This document shows, piece after piece, positions 9,612 through 19,438 of a stretch of DNA of 43,780 nucleotides. The notes under the pieces are model-generated. The model searched no databases. It saw nothing but the letters and a program-made list of their open reading frames with translations, and had not been told where the DNA came from. The number at the start of each line of letters is the position of its first letter. The first letter of the stretch is position 1. Source of the DNA: a bacterium (GTDB taxonomy: Bacteria; Patescibacteriota; Minisyncoccia; Phycocordibacterales; UBA918); NCBI GenBank assembly GCA_038145135.1, contig JAYQPD010000005.1:1-43780 (forward strand). Direction: 5' to 3'. The position numbers and the translations under genes were made by a program.

Positions 9612-10307
9612 CTATACGTGTATCTGAGTACCCGTGAATGGTGCTCCCTCGATACACTTCTTAAGCTCTTCGATCCTGTTGCCATTTACGATCGCTACCT
9701 CGATGCCGTGTGTTTCTGCTTCACGAGCGGCAACTGGATCGAACGGGGAAGAGAGTCCTGGATCCCACTCCGCGGGAATCAGTTTTCTAAAATCTGCCCA
9801 TGATATTGTCTCAATAGGTGTAGCCGCCGGATCCTTTTTAGGATCGGCAGTATAGACATGGTCGATATTTGAGAGGTTGATCACTTTTTTAGCACCACGA
9901 CGAACGGCTATCTGCACTGCGCGGAGGTCGGTCGATGCGCCGGGGCGATAACCAGCCGCAACGATCAGGGGTGTATCTTTTTTCATATCCAAGATATCGT
10001 CAGGGTTGGTGACCATGACGGGGTGGGCATGGTCTCGGAAAATCGCTCGGAGTAAGTGGCCGTTGAGGCGTGTTGCGTGGAGTCCGAGCCAATCGAGATC
10101 TTCTGAATTGAGATCTGACACTATCTTTGCCGCCTCTTGGTACTTACGGGCAGTCTTACCACCTCCTGCGATGACAACAAAAGATCGACCATTCTGGTCG
10201 ATCTCTGACTCAATAAGTTGTTTAAATGAAGAGAGAAAGGCGGTGTCGATCTCGCCAGGGACGATCATAGATCCACCGACTGAGATAATGATAGGTTCGT
10301 GTGACAT
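9612..10307 (-). CDS. pyrH: UMP kinase, archaeal-type
   Basis: SVGGS, VIAGGGKTARKYQ, DWLGLHATRLNG, GYRPGASTD, NIDHVYTADPKKDP and PFDPVAA. Start set at MSHEP. Confidence 0.9.
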   Translation of the reverse strand: MSHEPIIISVGGSMIVPGEIDTAFLSSFKQLIESEIDQNGRSFVVIAGGGKTARKYQEAAKIVSDLNSEDLDWLGLHATRLNGHLLRAIFRDHAHPVMVTNPDDILDMKKDTPLIVAAGYRPGASTDLRAVQIAVRRGAKKVINLSNIDHVYTADPKKDPAATPIETISWADFRKLIPAEWDPGLSSPFDPVAAREAETHGIEVAIVNGNRIEELKKCIEGAPFTGTQIHV

Positions 10308-10352
10308 GACGGTCAGATTGTACCACATGGCCTCACGGAACCACTGGATTTC

Positions 10353-10381
10353 TTGACACTATCTAGTAAAGAACGTAGGGT
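10353..10381 (+). promoter_or_regulatory. sigma70-type promoter for orphan gene
   Basis: TTGACA-N17-TAGGGT. Confidence 0.55.
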
Positions 10382-10418
10382 ATTGGTCGGCTCTTTGAGA
10401 AGAAGGAGGAGAAGAAGT

Positions 10419-10946
10419 ATGACATTGGGTGATCTAACAGGACTTGGTATGGCGCCTCAGCCATATTCAAAGTCGTGCATTGTGGGGGTCACGATCGAGC
10501 AGGTCCCGCTCGACATGACTGCCTTTTTCACGTATCTCGAAAAGAGTGGAATGGTGCGGTATGCGATGAATGTGCAAGGACTGCTGCATCGAACCGTGCC
10601 GTACTCGCCATTTGAGCAGCGTAAGGTTTGCTTCAATGACGTAGCTCGACGCTTGGATTCAAACGCCGCCATAGCGCACATCAGGGCCTGCAGCAGCTTT
10701 ACGGAGGATGATCTGACGATCTTCCTTCGGGCTGTGTTTGAGGCGTCAGGGCAGGCAGAGAAGATCTTCCCGCAAGCAGCGACGAGTTACATACCACTCG
10801 CTGATTCTGGGTATGTTTTCCAGGTCACATGGCAAAGTTCGAGGAACTCCTGGTACTTCCAGTTGGTGCCAGACGGTCCCTCAGAGCTCAGGCCCGGAGA
10901 TAGACTTTTCTCCCAATACTCAAAGAGTAAGGCACTGGCCGCCTAG
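10419..10946 (+). CDS. Hypothetical protein (orphan)
   Basis: Own promoter, AGAAGGAGG before ATG 10419 and a terminator after the stop. No recognisable catalytic motif. Confidence 0.7.
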   Translation: MTLGDLTGLGMAPQPYSKSCIVGVTIEQVPLDMTAFFTYLEKSGMVRYAMNVQGLLHRTVPYSPFEQRKVCFNDVARRLDSNAAIAHIRACSSFTEDDLTIFLRAVFEASGQAEKIFPQAATSYIPLADSGYVFQVTWQSSRNSWYFQLVPDGPSELRPGDRLFSQYSKSKALAA

Positions 10947-10955
10947 CTCATTTCT

Positions 10956-10988
10956 GCCCGGTTTTGCGAGAGCAAAACCGGGCTTTTT
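10956..10988 (+). terminator. Intrinsic terminator
   Basis: gcccggttttgc-gaga-gcaaaaccgggc-ttttt. Confidence 0.85.
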
Positions 10989-11030
10989 CTATGAGGGCAT
11001 GAGAGGGTGGCTCTTGTGCCATGTACGCGC

Positions 11031-11058
11031 TTGACTCAATGCTCAAAACCCGTATAAT
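11031..11058 (+). promoter_or_regulatory. rRNA promoter
   Basis: TTGACT-N16-TATAAT about 235 bp upstream of the 16S gene. Confidence 0.75.
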
Positions 11059-11154
11059 AGCCCTCGCTACCTAGAAGTGGGTGGTTTTCTTTTCACTCCG
11101 GCTCCGGGCCATGCGCCAGAGCGTCGAGCGGTGAAAAGGAAGGATTTTTGAAAA

Positions 11155-12934
<1,780 letters not shown>

Positions 12935-12963
12935 ATTTTAAACTCCACTATATATTGTGAGAA

Positions 12964-13004
12964 CAAAAACCCCTCGATTCCACTATGGAATCGAGGGGTT
13001 TTTG
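12964..13004. terminator. Bidirectional intrinsic terminator between 16S and pilin-like gene
   Basis: caaaaacccctcgattcca-cta-tggaatcgaggggtttttg. Confidence 0.9.
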
Positions 13005-13017
13005 CGAAACAACGTAG

Positions 13018-13431
13018 TTAATAGAACGAACCCGAGGTGAAGCCATCGCTTGATCCATAATCACGATACTGACTATAGCAGTCTCGATTGAAGTCAGGAC
13101 ACGGCACACTCGACTTATTGATGTCGAACGCACCCATGGCCATGCGCACGATACCCCAGATAGAGATCATGATGACGAGGCCAAGTACGCCATAGAGAAG
13201 GAGGCGCTTTCCAGAATCCCGTCCCTCCTCAGTACTTCCTTTGAAAATGAAGAATTTTGCGAACCCCCAGATAAGGAACAGGAATGCGATCGAGAAGATA
13301 AGAGGAACCAGTACGTTGTTCACAAATCCGAGGAACACAATGAGCTGACTCTGAATCGACGTGTTACCGGCAGCGAAAGCGCAAAGTGGTAGGAGTGCCA
13401 TCGGTACTATGAGACCAAGGTATCGTTTCAT
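13018..13431 (-). CDS. TrbC/VirB2-like pilin family membrane protein
   Basis: Signal peptide ending AFA, then two hydrophobic helices separated by a charged loop (GSTEEGRDSGKRLLLYGVLGL...WGIV). Pattern of CPR VirB2-like pilins. Confidence 0.72.
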   Translation of the reverse strand: MKRYLGLIVPMALLPLCAFAAGNTSIQSQLIVFLGFVNNVLVPLIFSIAFLFLIWGFAKFFIFKGSTEEGRDSGKRLLLYGVLGLVIMISIWGIVRMAMGAFDINKSSVPCPDFNRDCYSQYRDYGSSDGFTSGSFY

Positions 13432-13527
13432 ACCTGTAATAATAACGCATATTCAAAGCTCTGCCATTGCACATCTCCGCAAGTTTGGTAGTGTAAAAGT
13501 AGGTGCAAGAGCGTGAGGAGTACTACC

Positions 13528-13764
13528 ATGTCAAAGCATCGTCAAGTGCAACCAGTGCAGGTCGCGTTTCGCGGGAGGAAGATCAACTTCAACCTTGGAG
13601 TAGAGCTACTCTCGTCTGCTACCAATCGCACTCGTGGCGAATGTGCCAGGCTCCTCAATTGCGCAAGTCGAAGAGAGCTCGATTGCTACTTGAGGGGGAA
13701 ATACAACCCTTCACAGCTACTCGTGGATAAACTCTCGAGTGAGCTCCATAACGCTTTCGCTTAA
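13528..13764 (+). CDS. Small protein, possible Cro/C1-type helix-turn-helix
   Basis: GAGGAG upstream. TRGECARLLNCASRRELDCYLRGKYNPSQLLVDKLS resembles the XRE HTH pattern. Followed by a terminator. Confidence 0.55.
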   Translation: MSKHRQVQPVQVAFRGRKINFNLGVELLSSATNRTRGECARLLNCASRRELDCYLRGKYNPSQLLVDKLSSELHNAFA

Positions 13765-13777
13765 AATAGCAACGTAG

Positions 13778-13803
13778 AGCCGACGCGTCCGCGTCGGCTT
13801 TTT
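13778..13803 (+). terminator. Intrinsic terminator
   Basis: agccgacgcg-tc-cgcgtcggct-tttt. Confidence 0.8.
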
Positions 13804-13809
13804 CATTTG

Positions 13810-13882
13810 TGCGCGTTCTAGGGTTCGAACCTAGGACCTTTCGAGTATCAGTCGAATGCTCTACCAACTGAGCTAAACGCGC
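13810..13882 (-). tRNA. tRNA-Ile(GAT), CCA not encoded
   Basis: Reverse complement is gcgcgtttagctcagttggtagagca-ttcga-ctGATac-tcgaa-aggtc-ctaggttcgaaccctag-aacgcgc-a. Confidence 0.96.
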
Positions 13883-13976
13883 ATTATATTGGTGTTGGCG
13901 TCATCTTTATGCCGTGTGATAGTACCAGAAAAACACCCCATTTTCAACTCTGATATAGTAGAGGTGATTCAGAAAT

Positions 13977-14546
13977 ATGAAGACACTGAAATATACACAT
14001 CTTGCCCCTAACGTCTGGAAAGCACTCGAAAAAGAAGTCCGAAAAGGGTGGGTTCAACGTGGGGTGAAGCATCCTGAAACGGTCGCTCTGCATACGCTCA
14101 AAATGCTTGAGATAGGTAAGGAACTTGCTCAACATTCTGGCTATACAACCGAAGAGCGCGATGATCTCTATGCAATGCTCGAGATCCATGACTGGCCGGA
14201 GGCTATTCATGGTGATGTAATCACAACGGTTGGTATTGATCACGAACGAGAAACCAATCATAAAGCAGAAAAGTTCCTTCGTGAGAAGTCTGCGATGGAA
14301 CAGATCTGCGCACCACTTGGCGACACAGGCCAGACTCTTCTGACCCTCTGGCTTCGATTTGAAGAGGGAATTGACCGAGTGGCGAAAGATGCACGAGATA
14401 TCGATAAGTACCAAGCGATCGAGCAGGCGTTTGAGTACGAGCGCACGCAGGGCATCGTCGGTCTTGGTGATGAGTTTGTGAAGTATTCACCCGAGGTCAC
14501 CCATCCCTATCTCTGCCAACGTTTGGATACGCACTGTGGGTTATGA
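13977..14546 (+). CDS. HD-domain phosphohydrolase (YfbR/HDDC2-like 5'-deoxynucleotidase)
   Basis: RKGW, PETVALHT, IHDWPEAIHGDV, LWLRFEEG and ARDIDK. Confidence 0.85.
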   Translation: MKTLKYTHLAPNVWKALEKEVRKGWVQRGVKHPETVALHTLKMLEIGKELAQHSGYTTEERDDLYAMLEIHDWPEAIHGDVITTVGIDHERETNHKAEKFLREKSAMEQICAPLGDTGQTLLTLWLRFEEGIDRVAKDARDIDKYQAIEQAFEYERTQGIVGLGDEFVKYSPEVTHPYLCQRLDTHCGL

Positions 14547-14688
14547 GAGGGAATGCCCTTCTTTTTACTATCTTAGTACACGGAATAGTAGCCACTACGA
14601 AGAACAAACTTCCCTGTTCCCGAGTACCGTAGAGTGATTGAACAACTCGTTGCACGATAAAACGCCGGCACGTGAGTGCCGACGTTGG

Positions 14689-15300
14689 CTAGGGGAGGAA
14701 CTCGTAGCTCCCGTGTTTGTTCTGAGTGAATGGACACATCATCTTCGCCTGTGCGAGCTTGGTACGAAGTTGATCCATATGTGTGCGGACATAGAAGGTT
14801 GGGTGGTCCGTTTTGATACCTGCTCGTTCGCAGATGAGTGCTGCATTTATCATGCGTGGTTCTCCATGCATGATGCACCGGAGCATCAAGGCGGTTGTGG
14901 ATCCAATAGTGACCATACCACTTCTGTGCCAGAGTAGGCCGCTTTCGGCATCGAGCCCCCATCCTCGTTTGACGGTGTACCGCCCAGGCTGAGGGGGTTG
15001 ATCGACGTCCTGGTCGTGTTCAAGGGGTTCATGTGACCCCATGATCGGATCGCTGCAGAGTATGCCGATGAGATAGTCACGCACATCGGCGTCACGTCTC
15101 CATTCCCTAAGCGCTGCCACGATCCACCGTGCTCGTTGTTTCAGCTCGTCTAGTGTGACCAGCTTCTCCGCTTCGGCACGAATAATGAGTGCGCGGGATA
15201 GTGGAGACTTACAGTTCTCCTCTTCAATAAGCCGCAGGATGCTTCGTGCATCCCACGAGCGTCCTTTGTACGACAAGGTACGTGAGATGGTTACCGTCAT
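14689..15300 (-). CDS. Hypothetical protein, paralog of the pseudogene at 16638-16925
   Basis: 203-aa ORF with GAGAGG upstream and a hairpin after the stop. The N-terminal ~75 aa aligns with the 16638-16925 product. Confidence 0.7.
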   Translation of the reverse strand: MTVTISRTLSYKGRSWDARSILRLIEEENCKSPLSRALIIRAEAEKLVTLDELKQRARWIVAALREWRRDADVRDYLIGILCSDPIMGSHEPLEHDQDVDQPPQPGRYTVKRGWGLDAESGLLWHRSGMVTIGSTTALMLRCIMHGEPRMINAALICERAGIKTDHPTFYVRTHMDQLRTKLAQAKMMCPFTQNKHGSYEFLP

Positions 15301-15454
15301 ATGATCCTCTCTAAGAAACAGGTTTTCTCCACTCACTTAATCACAAATGCTCTTTGCGTACAATTACCCACACCACAGTGGCACCAAAGCATTGCGTGCA
15401 TCTGCAATATGTCGTATAACAGTGCGCAGTTTTGGTTCAACAGGGAGTTTGGTG

Positions 15455-15760
15455 ATGAGCGCAACCTCAAACACTATCCGTACGTCGGGTCAGATCGGCC
15501 CGGTAGCGACTTCACAGATGGAGTCAAAAAGAAGTATGGTGACGGGTGTGGTGCACCAGGCTCCAACCCCGAACATGCATTATGGGTTTCTCCGTTTTGC
15601 TAATCTCCATCACGATGTCTTTGTGCCGCAGCGCATCATTAAGGAAGCGGCTGCACAGCTACAGTTCGTTTGTGGCGCACAGGTTCTCTGCGATATTGAG
15701 CACCGTCAAGGTCGCGGGTTTCGGGTGATCAAGATCCATTCTGTAACCTCGCCCAGTTAA
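15455..15760 (+). CDS. Divergent cold-shock/OB-fold-like nucleic acid-binding protein
   Basis: TGVV...HYGFLRF...DVFV (RNP1/RNP2-like)...GAQVLCDIE. GGGAG upstream. Confidence 0.55.
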   Translation: MSATSNTIRTSGQIGPVATSQMESKRSMVTGVVHQAPTPNMHYGFLRFANLHHDVFVPQRIIKEAAAQLQFVCGAQVLCDIEHRQGRGFRVIKIHSVTSPS

Positions 15761-15785
15761 CTAAACAGCACACACGTGCTGTTTT

Positions 15786-16460
15786 TTATCGCCACTCAAT
15801 TTCACCACGCCCGTGTTCTCGCAGGTACTCATTCGCTTTCTTGAAGTGTCCGCATCCAAGGAAGCCGCGGTGGGCGGAAAGGGGGGAGGGGTGTGGCGCT
15901 TTGAGGATACAGTGTTTCTCCCAGTCGATGAGCTGTTCCTTCTTCTGTGCGAAGGAGCCCCAGAGCATAAAGACAACATGTTCTTCTTGGTCCCCGATCG
16001 CTTTGATGATCGCGTCGGTAAATTCATGCCAGCCATAGTCGGCGTGGGAGTTTGCCTCACCGCTTCTAACCGAGAGTGAGGCATTTAAGAGAAGGACACC
16101 TTGCGTTGCCCATCGTGAGAGCTCAGGATCTTTTGACACTGGTGTGCTGTACTCATCCGCGATCTCCTTAAAGATATTTTGAAGTGAGGGTGGCACGGGA
16201 TTCCCGGGCAGTGTAGAAAAGGCGAGACCGTCAGCAACTCCAGGAGTGTGGTACGGATCTTGCCCCAGGATGACCACCTTTACGTCTTTGGGTTTACACG
16301 ACTCGAGGGCACGAAAAATATGTTTCGGGTGAGGAAACACACGCGAGCTGAGGTATTCACCCCGCACCTTCTCGGTAAGTAGATTCCAGTATTCTTTCTC
16401 AAACTCTTGTTGAAGGAGGCGTCTCCAGGCGTCCGGGATCTTGTTCTCTTGTTCTGTCAT
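15786..16460 (-). CDS. ung: Uracil-DNA glycosylase (family 1)
   Basis: VKVVILGQDPYH, PPSLQNIFKE, GVLLLNA and APHPSPLSA. Confidence 0.97.
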   Translation of the reverse strand: MTEQENKIPDAWRRLLQQEFEKEYWNLLTEKVRGEYLSSRVFPHPKHIFRALESCKPKDVKVVILGQDPYHTPGVADGLAFSTLPGNPVPPSLQNIFKEIADEYSTPVSKDPELSRWATQGVLLLNASLSVRSGEANSHADYGWHEFTDAIIKAIGDQEEHVVFMLWGSFAQKKEQLIDWEKHCILKAPHPSPLSAHRGFLGCGHFKKANEYLREHGRGEIEWR

Positions 16461-16528
16461 ACCGGTTAGTGTACCAAAGTGGCTAATAATATACCCCTTG
16501 GCGTTTCTAACCATTATGCATGGAATGT

Positions 16529-16552
16529 AAAAAGCGGTCCTTGGACCGCTTT
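16529..16552 (-). terminator. Intrinsic terminator downstream of the pseudogene
   Basis: aaaaagcggtcc-tt-ggaccgcttt. Confidence 0.65.
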
Positions 16553-16637
16553 ATTCTATGTACTGAGACGCCGTGTGCCGGGATATCGCCAGAGGATGGC
16601 AAGTGCCCGACCGAGTATGGTCGGGCAGTGTGACAGA

Positions 16638-16925
16638 TCACACAGTACGATCGGTCACCAGAGGTTCCTCACGGGTGACCGGAGGGCGATACCCCTTCCA
16701 ACACTTTTTCACCCCAGGATCCTCTGCCCATTCAGCGATCAGTTCAGCTTTGATCCAGCGATGTGCCTTCTTGAGCTCAGCGAGAGTGACAAAACCTTGG
16801 GTAAAAGCTCGTGCCACGAGTGCCTTGTTATAGACGGATTATGGGTCGTTGACCGTATCAAATATCGCCTGTTTCCCATATTCTTTCCCACGAAACTGAA
16901 ATGAATTGGCCTCATTCGTCCGCAT
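16638..16925 (-). pseudogene. Orphan-family gene with one in-frame TAA (codon 29, + strand 16839-16841)
   Basis: GGAGG-N6-ATG. Hand translation: MRTNEANSFQFRGKEYGKQAIFDTVNDP*SVYNKALVARAFTQGFVTLAELKKAHRWIKAELIAEWAEDPGVKKCW..., homologous to 14689-15300. Confidence 0.75.
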
Positions 16926-17019
16926 CTGTTCCTCCATTATGGGACCGTCCCGGAAGATAATTAACCATATTACGTAGTATATGTCGAGGTTACTCATTCA
17001 TTTGGTATGATAGGCATCT

Positions 17020-17475
17020 ATGCACTATTTTCTTCTTAAAACCGAACCATCGGCGTATTCAATTGACGACCTCGAGCGTGACGAGGTCACGTCCTGGGGT
17101 GGAGTACGTAACTTTCAGGCGCGTAACCTTATGCGTAGCATGAAAGAGGGCGACATCTGCATCATCTACCATTCATCTTGTGCGGAGCCAGCGGCGGTAG
17201 GACTCGCCACCGTCGTAAAGGAGGCGTATCCAGACCCGCTTCAGTTTGATCGTCGGTCACAGTACTTTGATCAATCGTCGAAGATCACCGAGCCGAGGTG
17301 GGACGCGGTCGATATCAAGTTTGCAGGGCGTCTTGATAACCCGGTAACCATCAAAATGATGCGGGAGGATGAGGATCTGTCGGAATGCAAGCTACTGGCA
17401 AAAGGGAATCGTCTCTCAGTACTGCCGCTCACACACACAGAGTACCGTTCGATACGGCTACTCAGTCAGTCCTAA
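17020..17475 (+). CDS. EVE domain protein
   Basis: YFLLKTEP..YSIDDL, WGGVRNFQARNLMR.MKEGD..IYHS and RLSVLP. Confidence 0.93.
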   Translation: MHYFLLKTEPSAYSIDDLERDEVTSWGGVRNFQARNLMRSMKEGDICIIYHSSCAEPAAVGLATVVKEAYPDPLQFDRRSQYFDQSSKITEPRWDAVDIKFAGRLDNPVTIKMMREDEDLSECKLLAKGNRLSVLPLTHTEYRSIRLLSQS

Positions 17476-17483
17476 CTTGTTGC

Positions 17484-18203
17484 TCAAAATGCGTTCAGAT
17501 CTTCGCTGTTGACCTTGCCATCTTGATTGAGGTCAAAGCGTGGGTCGTTTGAAAAGAGGTTCAGTATCAAAATGCCGCGATCAGCAAAGGTGATCTTGCC
17601 ATCCCCATTGAGGTCGGGAGAGGGTGCGTCGGTAGTGGTAATTGCAACCGTAGTACTTTGTGGCGCCACCTCTTCTTTTGGAAGGACAGAGAGTACTGTA
17701 TCGATAGATGGTTGCTGGGGCACATCGGTTCCAAGTCCATCATATTTCAAAATTCGTGCGTCATGCAGGGTGAGGCTCGCATTTCCTGTACCCACCGCCC
17801 GTAGCGTTATCGTAAGCAGACTCCCAGTGCCGGTAAACCCGCCACGATGTGTGGTGCCACCACCAAAGTTCATGGTGCCACTCCCGTTCTCGTACCACGG
17901 TTTCTCTGCCCAGAGGTCAGCGATCGAGGTGTTGTAGTCTATCGACTGTATATGAACGACACTGTCGTCAAAACCGAGCTCACCGGCGAAGACATTCACC
18001 GGTAGCGAGGCATCTACAACGATTTCGAGCGTGAGCGTATCACCCACATGCACCACCTCACTATCTGTTCGGAGTTCCATCACTGCACCACGTCCTTTCC
18101 ACGAGGGAAGCATCTCAAACCCGGTAACAGCGAGTACAGCGAGCACTGCAGTCGCGCCAAGGAGGATGGGGAGGGTGTTCCCGCGGTGATTTCTGTACTT
18201 CAT
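17484..18203 (-). CDS. Membrane-anchored cohesin + dockerin (paired EF-hand) protein
   Basis: N-terminal hydrophobic segment. Cohesin-like VGDTLTLEIVVD...ELGFD...GSLLTITLRA. C-terminal DLNGDGKITFAD and DLNQDGKVNSED. Confidence 0.78.
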   Translation of the reverse strand: MKYRNHRGNTLPILLGATAVLAVLAVTGFEMLPSWKGRGAVMELRTDSEVVHVGDTLTLEIVVDASLPVNVFAGELGFDDSVVHIQSIDYNTSIADLWAEKPWYENGSGTMNFGGGTTHRGGFTGTGSLLTITLRAVGTGNASLTLHDARILKYDGLGTDVPQQPSIDTVLSVLPKEEVAPQSTTVAITTTDAPSPDLNGDGKITFADRGILILNLFSNDPRFDLNQDGKVNSEDLNAF

Positions 18204-18306
18204 ATGGTTCATGGTACCGCATTGGCCCAATTTATCGAGCTACACTTCAGTAGAGTTATGCACAGTTGGGGTAGACAGAGATGTCCAATGTGCGAGAATG
18301 AGATAT

Positions 18307-19281
18307 ATGAAAAATAGATTTATTGTGAGCGTACTCACGCTCTCGATGGTGCTTGTGCCATTATTCAGCACACATGCCGCACCATCACCTGATGACGGCA
18401 GTAGCTCTGCGGCAACAACCGGCACATCTGCTGCAACCATTACTCGCCTCAAGGCGCTTCTGGCGGAGCTCCAGGCGTTGCGGGAAGAGCTTGCAGGTCT
18501 CAGGTCGCAGGTGAGTGACCGAATGATAGGTCCCCCAGTCGATCAGCCGGGAGGTACGATCATTCCACCGATCGGTATACCACCAGGTGGTACCATTATT
18601 CCTCCTATTGGTTGCGCACCTATAGCAGGTTTAGGCAATTATAGGAGAGGTTCGACGGGTTCTGGAGTGCAAACGATTCAGGCATTCCTCGTAGAAGAGG
18701 GAGAGATGACCGCAGATAGTACAACCGGATACTTTGGACCAATGACGGAAAGGGCGCTCCAACACTGGCAGGCAAGCAATGGAGTCGTTTCGTCCGGCGA
18801 TCCCCAGACCACCGGGTACGGAGTGTTTGGCCCAGCGACACGTGCACACATGGCCAATCGATGCAATGAACGCCGTGCGTTCCGCGCGTCGCCAAGCTTC
18901 GGCAAAGCACCACTCTCAGTTCAACTCGCCGGATTCCCGCAGGCAGTTGCCAGCCACATCAACAGCTGTTCGGCGGCCACAAGCAGCGCCATCCTCACCA
19001 TCAATTGGGGTGATGGCAGTGAGTACAGCACAACACCAGGTGACTCAGGCTGTGTAGACAAATTCAAGAAGCATACCTACACAAAGAATGGTTCGTACAC
19101 AGTTACTGCGTCGTACAAAAACACACTCGGTATCCGAGAGCCAAACATCTTCCACCCTACTTCGCAAATTAACCCACAGTCATGGAATGGCACGGCGAGG
19201 GTAGTGGTGTCAGATATAACGATCGATCCGGTTGGTCCTGGAGGGGCGAATGCACCTTCAGCACGACAACCAGGCTACTGA
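18307..19281 (+). CDS. Secreted peptidoglycan-binding-domain + PKD-domain protein
   Basis: Signal peptide, coiled coil, GSTGSGVQTIQAFL..TGYFGPMTERALQHWQ..GVFGPATR, then INWGDG..HTYTKNGSYTV. Confidence 0.85.
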   Translation: MKNRFIVSVLTLSMVLVPLFSTHAAPSPDDGSSSAATTGTSAATITRLKALLAELQALREELAGLRSQVSDRMIGPPVDQPGGTIIPPIGIPPGGTIIPPIGCAPIAGLGNYRRGSTGSGVQTIQAFLVEEGEMTADSTTGYFGPMTERALQHWQASNGVVSSGDPQTTGYGVFGPATRAHMANRCNERRAFRASPSFGKAPLSVQLAGFPQAVASHINSCSAATSSAILTINWGDGSEYSTTPGDSGCVDKFKKHTYTKNGSYTVTASYKNTLGIREPNIFHPTSQINPQSWNGTARVVVSDITIDPVGPGGANAPSARQPGY

Positions 19282-19295
19282 TCATCCGCTCTGCA

Positions 19296-19344
19296 GCACG
19301 CACTAACACAAAGCCCCACTTTGGGGCTTTGTGTTAGTGCGTGC
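19296..19344. repeat. Perfect 23-bp inverted repeat between the two paralogs
   Basis: gcacgcactaacacaaagcccca-ctt-tggggctttgtgttagtgcgtgc, with no flanking U-tract. Confidence 0.85.
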
Positions 19345-19438
19345 ACCCATTCAGTTGACGCGATGAATCAGTACCCTAACAGGCACTTATTCACACCTCA
19401 GTCCATTATCATAAACCAACGTGTGATAATGGGTGCAT

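Noticed and set aside
16479-16904. 141-aa plus-strand ORF between ung and EVE
   Set aside because: The minus strand has an SD, a terminator and clear paralogy to 14689-15300, so the plus-strand ORF is the shadow.
18546-18612. PGGTIIPPIG duplication as a mobile or phase-variable repeat
   Set aside because: Two in-frame copies with several synonymous differences, consistent with an old intragenic duplication.
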